DNA of 64,000 nucleotides, taken from positions 288,001 through 352,000 of the forward strand of contig CAWHAE010000009.1 of NCBI GenBank assembly GCA_963827235.1. Reading direction: 5' to 3'. Made by a program: the position numbers and the translations under genes. Position 1 is the stretch's first letter, and every line of letters starts with the position of its first letter. Below the pieces are notes generated by a model. It did not search any database, was not told the origin of the DNA, and worked only from the letters and a program-made list of their open reading frames with translations. The DNA comes from an uncultured bacterium (GTDB taxonomy: Bacteria; Chloroflexota; UBA5177; JANWHV01). Shown here in pieces: positions 50,001 to 58,387 of the stretch.

Positions 50001-50265
50001 CGCCGTTCGCCGGATCCACGTGGCCGGTATCGCCGTTGACCTGCCGGCCCTGAGCGTCGCGGATCACGATGCGGGAGAGTGCGGAGTTGAGGGCCTCGTC
50101 GAACCAGAAGCGATAGGTGGCGGCCTTCACCAGGACACGGCTGTCGGGCGCCAGCTCGGCGCGCACAAGGTGAGCGTGCGCTGCCGCCTGTCCGGGCAGC
50201 GCGAACAGCGCGAACAGCGCGAGCGCCAGTGCGCACGCACCGAGTAGCAGGCGGCGGACGGACAT
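47047..50265 (-). CDS. CopC-CopD-YtkA/FixH-like-YVTN beta-propeller fusion
   Basis: AAA|HAHL and DGH (CopC); GHA, HLIAMAVWVGG, YGRFLLVK (CopD); MDMG; repeated IPVG..P...PDG..VYV. Confidence 0.88.
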   Translation of the reverse strand: MSVRRLLLGACALALALFALFALPGQAAAHAHLVRAELAPDSRVLVKAATYRFWFDEALNSALSRIVIRDAQGRQVNGDTGHVDPANGEQLDVRLAALPDGVYSVYWTSDSALDGHVLHGFYTFTAGGSGAVAPSAASGAIAAPQNPTLDGPAVAAALAHWLVLAASALWTGALALQILVLFPSTRATRQGAVASLCRAAGRRCVLTARLGLLAALVTSLLELETQAYGAGGWSGMVSANTLDAILSARYGTYWLARMLLAFVTLLVLSGAPAGRASRLVTGMSRYLRAEVVGARRGSASGQVPGRAAAGEPSVLAGWTAAALGLAYLLALAFSGHAASVQQMVATSVLLDWLHLIAMAVWVGGMAAIALALLPALHALAAGDRAGSALRRAFLHLLDRFSPAAYIAVAAAAVTGMFNAQVHLGSFDQLAGTLYGRFLLVKLALIGVIVLLSASHVFVTRPRLRGLPADSPAAERGYASLALRLRIEPALGALILLCVALMGQTAPAAAVFSSVVSTTGTPVAPATPSVPVPGAITGSATAGVLQATLTIRPPALGSTTFRVLVAERGRKVTDGQVRIRLSVPGQSSLGYTFVETTPAAGGYNGTGDLVQAGQWRADVMVRTRDDPGEYRDLPFTFIAGPGASFLDQSGSAAVSIVATPGLISAPNTFTLGGIGQASAVRMLSQSLDMDMGVLTYPATALGGGRWVVRDAFAPMNGRWGLTIQAQRSGAWVTLRQFTYYVPLSGPMHLLTAQTGTNPAGLPARSANLSQAYNLAVARALPYTVLVTEMGSNGVRKLGGSILHTGAQAHGVDVLDGTPYAFVTNFGADPGTVTQIDLRGMRVVRTFAVGLGPAHVVFTPDRRRAFVTNFRSNDLSVLDLRTGTSRQIEFPDGTCFEPHGIDIAEDGKTLYVACAGGAWVYTVDTTTLRPGRTVITAPGAYGVAVDGPRHEVWVANQTAGNVSVIDERTLRVVATIPVGKGPALLVAAPDGRTVYVADQLGNEMSAIDAARRKVIATIPVAAQPHGPDVTADGKYVYVASIGGNAVTIIRTADNRVVAVVPSPVGSNEAAVDNP

Positions 50266-50311
50266 ACTAACGCTCCCTTCGCGCAAGAGGCGCTCGGTTT
50301 CCATGGAAACG

Positions 50312-50341
50312 CGCCACCAGGAGCGCGTCCTCCTGGTGGCG
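50312..50341. terminator. Intergenic hairpin after copC
   Basis: 12-bp arms CGCCACCAGGAG / CTCCTGGTGGCG; no U-tract. Confidence 0.4.
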
Positions 50342-50356
50342 GCTCCGGACGCTCGA

Positions 50357-50743
50357 TCAGACGACTGAGAAAGTGAACCACCCCCCGGCGTGGTGACCGT
50401 CGTTGGCCGAGATGGTGTACCAGATCAAGGCATACGTGCCCTTGGCCAGCTTGGGCACGGTCATGGTCATCTCCATCGCGTTGGAGAAGGAGACCTGGCT
50501 ATCTCCGTTATCGTCCTGACCATGATCGCCGGTGGTCTCGAAGATGCCCATAAAGCTCCCCTTCGGAGCGACTCCCTCGGCGAAGAAGCAGCTGACTGTC
50601 TTGGGCATGGCCTTGAGCTTGGCGCCGGGCGCAATGCTGCACTTCTGCAGGCTGGCGTGAGCCAGAGCCACACGCGGCGCCAGGGCGCTCATGCCCAGGA
50701 CCAGGGAGGCCGCGGCCAGCCAGCGGGTCAAATGGATACGCAT
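50357..50743 (-). CDS. copC: CopC-family copper-binding protein
   Basis: Signal ALA|HASL, GTY...W...S.NDGH; AGGAG RBS. Confidence 0.85.
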   Translation of the reverse strand: MRIHLTRWLAAASLVLGMSALAPRVALAHASLQKCSIAPGAKLKAMPKTVSCFFAEGVAPKGSFMGIFETTGDHGQDDNGDSQVSFSNAMEMTMTVPKLAKGTYALIWYTISANDGHHAGGWFTFSVV

Positions 50744-50840
50744 GGACGTTTCTCCTGATTTCTGTTCTCGTTCGGCATAGGTTTGTCGCGAGCGTGCAAC
50801 GCGGCCGTTAGTGGTTCGTCAACTATGAATGCTCGCATTC

Positions 50841-50888
50841 CCCGCGACCGCAGTCGCCCAACTGCTGCCATGCGCCCGCGCTCGCAGG
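50841..50888 (+). repeat. Twin-hairpin dispersed repeat, copy 1
   Basis: CCCGCGACCGCAGTCGCCCAACTGCTGCCATGCG...TCGCAGG recurs at 60897. Confidence 0.8.
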
Positions 50889-51072
50889 CCGCGCCTCTAC
50901 GGCAATGATTGGTTGTTGACAGACCACTGGTGCGTGGCATCGTGGCGGGATTTGTGATAGCCAAAGACCGTGCTCCACGCGGGGCAGTCGCGGGCGAGCC
51001 ATGTTCCGGCCTTCCCGCTTGCCTGAACCGTGCTGGCTTATACGCCGCCTCGCTCGTGCGGCGCGGCGACGG

Positions 51073-51846
51073 TCAGATCGGTGGCGGGCGCGAAAGCACT
51101 CCCGGGCCGCCCAAGAGGCCGCTCGGGGCGAGGGGCGGCGCCGGCGGGAAGGCCTGGCCCAGCGGTATCTGCAGCGCCTGGCTGAGCAGCCGGCGCAACG
51201 CGGTGATCGCCGCCTGAAGAGTCTCGAAGCGGCGCTCCAACCGCCAGACCAGCGCCGCGAGTAGCAACGCGACCGCCAGGTGCACGGGCAGCAGCGGAAC
51301 GGCGCTCTGCACCGCCATGGCCATGACTACTCCATGCATGTGTGTGGAGACGGTCATGGGCATCGACTGCTCAGCCAGTGCGTACAGGCCGGCCTGGACG
51401 CCGAGCAGCGGCAGCAAGAGCGCCAGCAGCCTGCCTGGATGGAGCGGCGCTCGTGCCGCCGGCGGCCGAGCCGCGACATGCAGGCACCGTGCCGTCTGCG
51501 TGAGGCGGTGCCGCTGGCCCGCGAGCCTCTGCAGCTCGCGAAACAGCGCCAGCAGCGTCAGCAGGGCGGCGGCGATCACTACCAGGAGCCCGCCTCGAAC
51601 CGGACAATGCGCCAGCATGAAGGCGACCGAGGCGGGTCGACCGTTCACACCGTCCAGGCCCAGATGGTATTCGACGACGTGGACGAGCGCTGCACCGACG
51701 CTGGCCAGCAGCAGCAGCGCGCCGGCAGAGAGGACCGGTCCGGCAGGTCCGCTCCCGGCGCGGACCCGCGGCAACGGCAGCCACGCAGCCGGTACGGCTC
51801 GCAGAGCTGACGGTGGCGGTGCGGCACGAGACCAGTACATACTCAC
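51073..51846 (-). CDS. Membrane protein with His/Met/Cys motifs and C-terminal RPPP
   Basis: About 4 TM segments; HVVEYH, AHCP, MPMTVSTHMHGVVMAM; ends SRPPPI. Confidence 0.7.
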   Translation of the reverse strand: MSMYWSRAAPPPSALRAVPAAWLPLPRVRAGSGPAGPVLSAGALLLLASVGAALVHVVEYHLGLDGVNGRPASVAFMLAHCPVRGGLLVVIAAALLTLLALFRELQRLAGQRHRLTQTARCLHVAARPPAARAPLHPGRLLALLLPLLGVQAGLYALAEQSMPMTVSTHMHGVVMAMAVQSAVPLLPVHLAVALLLAALVWRLERRFETLQAAITALRRLLSQALQIPLGQAFPPAPPLAPSGLLGGPGVLSRPPPI

Positions 51847-51910
51847 AGTATGCTCGCTCGTCCACTATGGACACGGGTGCGCCGCAAGCAGCAGCCAGCG
51901 CCGTCCCGCG

Positions 51911-52741
51911 CTACCCGCGCTTGCGGCCCACGAACAGAAGATGATCCGATGCCCCCATACCCTCCGGCGTCGTTCCCGTCTGCTCGACGAGGTCGAGCCA
52001 CGCCGCCGCATCGGTGTCCGAAAGCGCGGTCAGCGTGTTGCCCCAGATGCCCGTGAACGATTCGACGCCGGTGTATGCCACTTCGTCGAACCACTCGCGG
52101 AACAGCGACCGGAACTCCTCGCACCAGCTCAGGTGGGCGAAGGCAATAGGGGGCGCATGGTCGGGATCGAGGTTGCCGTCCTGCAGGAACTCTGCATGGA
52201 ACTGCCGCAGCTCCGCGCCGCGATTCCCCGACTGCCGAAAGCTATCGCGCAGGTAGGCCAGGCGATTGATCGCCGCGGCGAACAGCACGCCGCCGGCCCT
52301 CAAGATGCGCGCCGCTTCCCGCACCGCCTGCTCGCGGTCCGCCACGGCTGGGAGATGATACAGCGGTCCCAGGAACAGCGCCGCGTCGCAGCTCATGCTC
52401 TCGATATGGTCCAGGTGCGTGGCCGAGGCAAGCGTGGCATCCGCGATGTTCGCGGCCAGCCCTGCCGCGCGGAGCCGTGCGGTCGCGGCATCCAGCAAGC
52501 GCTTCGAGATGTCGACCAGCCGGATCCGGCACCCGTGCCGGGCCAGGACTTCGGCGTAGTGGCCGACCCCGACGCCCACGTCCGCGACCACCGCGTTGGC
52601 CGGGACGAAACGCTCCAGGTAGCGGGTTGTCAGGGCAAGCTCCACGGCATGATCGACGGAAAGGCGCGCGGCTTCGTACTCGAACACGCTCGTGTTGTAG
52701 TTTCGGGCTACCGCCTCTTCCTCAGCAGTCAGCTTCGCCAT
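51911..52741 (-). CDS. Class I SAM-dependent methyltransferase
   Basis: DVGVGVG, LVDIS, LFLGPLYHL, RILRAGG. Confidence 0.88.
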   Translation of the reverse strand: MAKLTAEEEAVARNYNTSVFEYEAARLSVDHAVELALTTRYLERFVPANAVVADVGVGVGHYAEVLARHGCRIRLVDISKRLLDAATARLRAAGLAANIADATLASATHLDHIESMSCDAALFLGPLYHLPAVADREQAVREAARILRAGGVLFAAAINRLAYLRDSFRQSGNRGAELRQFHAEFLQDGNLDPDHAPPIAFAHLSWCEEFRSLFREWFDEVAYTGVESFTGIWGNTLTALSDTDAAAWLDLVEQTGTTPEGMGASDHLLFVGRKRG

Positions 52742-52935
52742 CACATCCCCCTGGTCCTGCAGCGCGCGCCACGCTGCCTCCACGTAGCCACGGGCCCGGC
52801 CCCCAGGTAAGCCGCGCCGGAACACACCGTGACTGCGCGTACATCGAAGGCGCGCACGATGCTCTTCTCTCCTATCCTACGCTTCCTCTACTGCTCTATA
52901 CATATCGAAAGATGCGCGTCGATCTCACCACGCAC

Positions 52936-52980
52936 TTGACATCTTCCTGTCATCGTCCTGTCATCTCAGTGCTCTAGCAT
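52936..52980 (+). promoter_or_regulatory. PhoB/OmpR-type direct-repeat box plus -10
   Basis: TTGACAT-N4-CTGTCAT-N4-CTGTCAT, then 10 bp, then TAGCAT. Confidence 0.6.
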
Positions 52981-53098
52981 GGTCTTGTGGCGGGCGCGGT
53001 TGCTCCGGCAGGGTGTTTGACGCGCCGGAATGCGTCCGTCGTACAGACCATCGATCGCCGCGGCGCAAGTACCGGCAGGCAAGGGAGGGATTGGATTC

Positions 53099-53470
53099 GT
53101 GCACAAGGTTGCTACTGTTGCTTCATCCCTTTTCAGTCGAATCACCCACTGGCTCGTCATCCGGAATGGAGCCCGCTACGTCCTTGCCGGCACGATCGCG
53201 CTCGCCGCGCTGGGGGCCGTGGTCGCCAACCAGGATCTGCCCAAGCCGCCTGCCATCTCCTCGGTCCTGCCGATAGGCGACAACGATCACGGGCACTACG
53301 GCTGGTATGGTTGGCACAGGCACCATCACGGGGGCTGGCAAGGCCGCGACTACTACTTCGGTCACCAGCAGACGTACGACGGCACCTGGTCGCAGGGATC
53401 CTGGGGCGGAAACGGCTACGTCGGTCAGGGCGGCAGCGGCTCAACCGGTCAATCCGGCAGCGGCTACTGA
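53099..53470 (+). CDS. Small membrane-anchored His/Gly/Trp/Tyr-rich protein
   Basis: GGGAGGG RBS + GTG; one TM segment; DHGHYGWYGWHRHHHGGW; downstream hairpin. Confidence 0.65.
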   Translation: MHKVATVASSLFSRITHWLVIRNGARYVLAGTIALAALGAVVANQDLPKPPAISSVLPIGDNDHGHYGWYGWHRHHHGGWQGRDYYFGHQQTYDGTWSQGSWGGNGYVGQGGSGSTGQSGSGY

Positions 53471-53503
53471 CCAGCCGGGTAGGCATCTCTCTACGCCCTT
53501 ACA

Positions 53504-53541
53504 GCAAAGCGGGACGCGTCGTGCGACGCGTCCCGCTTTGC
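53504..53541. terminator. Strong hairpin/terminator
   Basis: Perfect arms GCAAAGCGGGACGCGTCG / CGACGCGTCCCGCTTTGC. Confidence 0.7.
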
Positions 53542-53835
53542 GTTGCGCGGCGGCCCGGCGCGTGCGACGCTGAGAGCCCGCCAAGAGCACGGTCCTATAT
53601 CCAATTGTCTGGAGCAGGAGCGGCTTCCTGCGTACCACGTCGGCCCTCGGACGGTTCGTGTCCGCCGCGCCGAAACCTTGCTGGGCTCCCTTGGCCGCCA
53701 GCCAACAGACCACTGCGTCACGATATCCACGTGCGTCCCACTCGCACGAGCGGCAGGCAAAGTGGCAAGATGAGAGTGTATTCTTAAGTTCAATTGCACG
53801 CGACAGGGGAAGCCGCGGTATCACGGTGGGATGCG

Positions 53836-54327
53836 ATGGCAGAAGACAAAGGCACGGCGTCGATTCAGCCGGGAGGAGCGTACGCAGCGCCGGAGTCCAT
53901 GCTCTCCGCCGTCTCCTTCCTGCGCGACCACGGCTTGCGCGTCACCCCGCAGCGACTGCTGCTGGTGGAAGTCGTGCGCGGTCTGTCCGGCCACTTCACC
54001 GCCGACCAGGTCTACAACAGGGTGCGCGCCGCCTACCCGGGCGTGAGCAAGGTGAGCGTCTACAGAGGCCTCGACACCCTGCGCGAGCAGGGCCTGGTCA
54101 CCTGCACCGAGCTCGGCCAACCGTCTGCCGAGTACGAGTGGAGCGGCGCATCCCGGCACCACCACCTCGTCTGTACCCACTGCGGCTACCAGCAGAACGT
54201 GCCCGATGGCGCCATGGACATGCTGCGGCAGCGCCTGGCCTCCGACTACGGCTTCCAGGCCACCATCGACCACATCGCGATCTGGGGCGTCTGCGAAGCG
54301 TGCCACCAGGCACAGCACAAAGAGTGA
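53836..54327 (+). CDS. Fur family regulator (Fur/Zur/PerR subgroup unresolved)
   Basis: GLRVTPQR, HFTAD, SVYRGL, HHHLVCTHCG, GVCEAC. Confidence 0.92.
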   Translation: MAEDKGTASIQPGGAYAAPESMLSAVSFLRDHGLRVTPQRLLLVEVVRGLSGHFTADQVYNRVRAAYPGVSKVSVYRGLDTLREQGLVTCTELGQPSAEYEWSGASRHHHLVCTHCGYQQNVPDGAMDMLRQRLASDYGFQATIDHIAIWGVCEACHQAQHKE

Positions 54328-54378
54328 CCGATCGGTTGGCCCGGCCATGAGGCCGGCATCGGTTATCAGCGCGACTCC

Positions 54379-54948
54379 CTAATCGGAGCCGGCAAACTCA
54401 GTCGCGACGGCATCCATATACACGTCGTCCCACCGTTGGTCGCCCATCCACCGGCAGGCGCGCCGCCGTCCGTACTCCCTGAAGCCGGCCCGTGCGTAGG
54501 CACGTTGCCCGGCGACGTTCCACGCCGCTACCGTCAGCCCGACGTTGCGCAAGCCGAGGGTGGTAAAAGCATAGGCGAGCGTCAGGCGCGTCGCTTCGGT
54601 GCCATAGCCGTGGCCGCGCGCCACCGGCTCGCCGATCAGGATGCCGAAGTCGGCACTGCGGTTGCTATAGTCAATGTGGAACAAGCTCACCGTGCCTATC
54701 GGTCGCCAGGTAGCGAGCTCGTAGACGACGAAGTCCACGCCGTCCTCGCCCAGCGCGTCACGCTCGTAGCGCGCTGTCCGCTCCTCAAGCGTCTGCGGGA
54801 GCGGCACGCCGATGTTCTGCCGGGCGTCGAGATCGTCGCTCCAGCGGGTCAGCAGGGGTATCAGACCGCGGCGCAAGGGACCGAGGGCAACGTTGTCTCC
54901 AACGAAGTTGACGATCGGCTGCTCTGTGGCATGGGGCTCTGCTATCAT
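54379..54948 (-). CDS. GNAT acetyltransferase (RimJ/RimL type)
   Basis: FGILIGE..RGHGYGTEA, N..GQRAY..AGF..YG. Confidence 0.9.
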   Translation of the reverse strand: MIAEPHATEQPIVNFVGDNVALGPLRRGLIPLLTRWSDDLDARQNIGVPLPQTLEERTARYERDALGEDGVDFVVYELATWRPIGTVSLFHIDYSNRSADFGILIGEPVARGHGYGTEATRLTLAYAFTTLGLRNVGLTVAAWNVAGQRAYARAGFREYGRRRACRWMGDQRWDDVYMDAVATEFAGSD

Positions 54949-55175
54949 CGCTACCTCCGGCTTGATGCTCCCAGGTGGGAGCCGCGGGCCACGTGACATG
55001 CACTACGACTGTGTACCGTACATCATGATGCATCCTGCGCGCGGATCTCGGTGGCGGCCGTGCCTACCGGTCCTGGCGCAGTCCTCTGCCGCGTTCGGAC
55101 CGCTCGACTACAAACCTGGCTGGACCGCCGAGCAAGTCCCACCGGGGCCGTCGAGCGGCGCAGTCGCCAGCTCTG

Positions 55176-56063
55176 CTAAAGGATCGGCGACACGAAGCGC
55201 GTCAGCAACGGCCGGTGGTCCGAGGCGGCCGCCGCCGCCGGTAGGTCCACCACGTCGCACGAAAGCAGCCACGTGCGCAGGGCGGCGGGGGCAAACACGT
55301 AGTCGAGTCGGATGGCCGGGTCGGGCGCCGGAAACGTGTAGCCCGGCTCGTCGGGATGCAGGTAGCGGTAGCAATCGATGTAGCCGGCATCCAGCACCTG
55401 CCGGATCAGGTGCCGCGGCAGCAGCGTCTCACCCGTGAACAGCCCGCTGCGTGCCCCCCGGTCCAGGAGTGCACCGATCGTCATCTGCCGCTCGCGACGC
55501 GGCGCCCCGAGCTCCGCCTTCACCACGCGCATGCGGCTGGCGTAATGCGCCGTCAGACTCTTGAACACGATGCCGTCGCCCGGCGCCAGCGAGTTGCAGT
55601 CGCCGAACATGAGATGCGGCATGGTCGCCCGCGGCCCGATACTCTGCAGAATGGCGTCCATCTCGCGCAGACGCCGCCGCTCGCCGCCGATCGTGGCCGT
55701 GGCATTCAGATGGATGACGAACAGCGTCAGATCGGTCGCGTTGGGCAGCCGAACCTGCACCTCGAGCATGGTCTTGCGCAAGATCCCCGGGTGCGGGTGG
55801 TTGTGGCTGCCCACGATCGGCAGCCGGCTGAGAAAAGCTACGTGATGGATGGTGTTGGCTACGCCGAATACGTAGTCCATGCCCAGGGTGTCGGCCAGGC
55901 GCGCCACGGCCAGCTCGTCGTCGGCTTCCTGTATGCCGAGCAGGTCAGGCCGCACGTCGCGAACTACGCTTGTGATCGGCTCCATGCGCCCGGCGCCGCC
56001 CAGGAAGATGTTGTAGGACATCAACGAGAAACTGGCGGGCTGCTGATCCATGCGGTACGTCAC
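55176..56063 (-). CDS. Endonuclease/exonuclease/phosphatase family protein
   Basis: MSYNI, IQE, GDCN, RLDYVF, SDHRP. Confidence 0.9.
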   Translation of the reverse strand: MTYRMDQQPASFSLMSYNIFLGGAGRMEPITSVVRDVRPDLLGIQEADDELAVARLADTLGMDYVFGVANTIHHVAFLSRLPIVGSHNHPHPGILRKTMLEVQVRLPNATDLTLFVIHLNATATIGGERRRLREMDAILQSIGPRATMPHLMFGDCNSLAPGDGIVFKSLTAHYASRMRVVKAELGAPRRERQMTIGALLDRGARSGLFTGETLLPRHLIRQVLDAGYIDCYRYLHPDEPGYTFPAPDPAIRLDYVFAPAALRTWLLSCDVVDLPAAAAASDHRPLLTRFVSPIL

Positions 56064-56121
56064 GAGCTAGCCAAAAACCTCGCGCCCCAAGCGTAGGAAG
56101 TGCCGGTGCGAAGAAGAAGGG

Positions 56122-56194
56122 CAGGGGTGGCAGGATTCGAACCCGCAACCGACGGTTTTGGAGACCGTTGCACTGCCAATTGTGCTACACCCCT
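56122..56194 (-). tRNA. tRNA-Trp (CCA)
   Basis: AGGGGTG acceptor, ACGGT-CT-CCA-AA-ACCGT anticodon arm, GGTTCGAATCC T arm. Confidence 0.95.
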
Positions 56195-56200
56195 GTGCGG

Positions 56201-56273
56201 TGGAGCTGAGGGGACTCGAACCCCTGACCCCTGCGATGCGAACGCAATGCTCTCCCAACTGAGCTACAGCCCC
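56201..56273 (-). tRNA. tRNA-Ala (CGC)
   Basis: GGGGCTG acceptor with G3:U70, TTGCG-TT-CGC-AT-CGCAG anticodon arm, GGTTCGAGTCC. Confidence 0.95.
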
Positions 56274-56283
56274 GCGCCACAGT

Positions 56284-56311
56284 AGTATACCGCACCGGCC
56301 CGATGCGTCAA
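56284..56311 (-). promoter_or_regulatory. sigma70 promoter of the tRNA pair
   Basis: TTGACG-16 bp-TATACT just upstream of tRNA-Ala. Confidence 0.75.
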
Positions 56312-56399
56312 TGGCGCTGTTTCCCTATGGGGCCGACCGGTCGGTGCGACACAGCGGTTTGTTGTCTCACGACGATGGAAGCAATGGCGCGACTCGGCG

Positions 56400-56466
56400 T
56401 GTCTTCACCCCGAGAGTACATCCCCGGAGTGCCCGCCCTGGTTGCCGAGGTAATCAGCCCATCCCC
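56400..56466 (+). pseudogene. Uma2 endonuclease relic
   Basis: YIPGVPALVAEVISPS motif only. Confidence 0.4.
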
Positions 56467-56645
56467 AAACTGCCGCGGAAGCCTGCCATATGCGAGATCG
56501 CGCAGTCACCGCGACGCAAGCCCGTTGCCAAGCTGATAGGTTACCAAACCTATTGGACTGCTAGATATAGCACGGGTACGCTGGAAAAGGGCCGGCCGCT
56601 GTGGGCCGTGCCGATTATGGAACGACCCAGGAGGGCACACAATAG

Positions 56646-57134
56646 ATGAGCGTCGCCGACGAACTGCTACGAGCCAACGAGACCTACGCCGCCTCGTTCA
56701 CCAAGGGCGGCCTTCCCATGCCGCCCGGCAAGCATGTAGCCATCATCGCCTGCATGGATGCCAGGCTCGACCCCGCGCGCGCCCTCGGCCTGCGAGAAGG
56801 CGACGCGCACGTGATCCGCAACGCCGGGGGACGGGCCGGCGACGCCATCCGCTCGCTGGTGATCTCGCAGCAGCTCCTGGGCACCCGGGAAGTGATCATC
56901 ATCCACCACACGGACTGCGGCATGCTCACGTTTACGGACGAGCAGCTCAAGAGCCAGGTGGAGAGGAACCTGGGCGCGCGTCCCACGCAACCGTTCCTCG
57001 CCTTCGGCGACCTGGATCAGAGCGTGCGCGACGACATACAAGAGGTAAAGGCATCGCCGTACCTGCTGAAAGATGTCACCGTGCGTGGCTTCATCTACGA
57101 GGTGGAGACGGGCCGGGTGCGCGAAGTGGTGTGA
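56646..57134 (+). CDS. Beta-class carbonic anhydrase
   Basis: CMDAR, RNAGG, HHTDCG, YEVETG. Confidence 0.95.
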   Translation: MSVADELLRANETYAASFTKGGLPMPPGKHVAIIACMDARLDPARALGLREGDAHVIRNAGGRAGDAIRSLVISQQLLGTREVIIIHHTDCGMLTFTDEQLKSQVERNLGARPTQPFLAFGDLDQSVRDDIQEVKASPYLLKDVTVRGFIYEVETGRVREVV

Positions 57135-57196
57135 CCGGGACGCCTGGACGCGGCGCGCGAGGCGGCGGCCGTCTGGGTCCAGCGATATGCCTGCCC

Positions 57197-57246
57197 GCAG
57201 CCCGACTTTCGAGCCGCTGAAATAGGCGCCTCGAAAGTCGGGCTGC
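57197..57246. repeat. Long inverted repeat (terminator or REP-like)
   Basis: 17-bp perfect arms GCAGCCCGACTTTCGAG / CTCGAAAGTCGGGCTGC. Confidence 0.7.
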
Positions 57247-57249
57247 CGG

Positions 57250-57688
57250 CGTGTGGCGGGTAGCGCCGCTTCACCCCGATTTGAAGGGGATGGCTAGCAA
57301 GAATGCGTTTAACGGTCTTGTGATCGATCCGGCCATCATCGCGACGCCGACAGATGGCCGCGATCTCATGCGGGTGAAAGGCCGGATACTCGGCCTTCAG
57401 GGCTAGCACCCGTTGCCGAATGTCCGCAGGCACCAGCCGACGATCTTCCGGCGTTCGTTTTGGCTCGGGGAACAGACCGGCCATCCCGACCGCATCGAAA
57501 TGGTCAGTCTTGCGAGCCAGCGTGCGCTCGGCGATACCCGTGGTCGCCGCACGCTCGGCAGCGGTCTCGCCGAACAGGTTGATAGGACGCAGGATCTCAT
57601 ACGCCTCTTGTTCCGGTCAAGACACATAGAGGTTTATCTGGTCCCATACATGCGTCGGTTCACGGCGTGTGCGTTTCGGTGCAGGCAT
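57250..57688 (-). mobile_element. Frameshifted, truncated transposase N-terminus (IS481/rve-like HTH region)
   Basis: YEILRPINLFGETAAERAATTGIAERTL..FDAVGMAGLF..LKAEYPAF..IDHKTVKRIL; no DDE domain. Confidence 0.65.
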
Positions 57689-58387
57689 TGATCACCGCGA
57701 AGTCACTGACCTGGCGTAGTGATCCCTCACGCGGGGTAAGCACTGTGCTACCACGCTGATCCGTACGGTTCAAGCCAGGCTGCAGCCTGAATGATTTGAG
57801 GCGTCTGGCGCGGCCCAGAGCCCGCGACAGTGACCCGTTGTGGACCTGGCCAGTATGATGCGGCGAACGCTGCTGACCGATGATCTATTGCTCAGCGAGA
57901 AACGGTGACCAACGACATTCGCACGTGGCATGCGTTTCCTACGATCTATTGGTTGCGGTATGCCATGGCATCGCGCAGGCGTTTGATGTCGGCAGGTTGC
58001 CGCCCAAAGTGCGTGGGAAGATAAAGCGACGGTGCCAAGATTGGAGGGCCGATCGACATTCCGCAGTAACTTGCTTATCGTGGAGTCTATACCCGTCGAT
58101 GGTGTCGAGCTGGCAACAGCGCTCGGACGGCTGCCGTGCGACAATGGACCTCAAGGCTAGAGTTGAGCCGGACGCTCCACGCTACAGCCGCCAGGGATCG
58201 GTGCGAAGGCACGAACACAGGCAGGGTCCTGCCGTGAACGACGAACTGCTGCGGTGCGGCAGTGATTCTGCGGAGCCAGCCGAGATTGAAGGCCGCAGGG
58301 CGGGAGGCTTCGTGCCACCGGCAGTACGGTCGTGATCAGTTTGCACGGCGCAGCCTGCGCGTATACATATAGTGGAGAATCGGCGCT

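Noticed and set aside
53771-53786. Fur-box-like TGAGAGT-GT-ATTCTTA upstream of the Fur gene
   Set aside because: Imperfect, and the spacing does not fit the 7-1-7 pattern; too weak to call
56122-56273. tRNA-anchored genomic island
   Set aside because: No integrase, and no duplicated tRNA 3' end noticed in the window
57939-58154. Possible HNH relic (FIFPRTLGG)
   Set aside because: A single short motif without the His/Cys/Asn residues; not supportable
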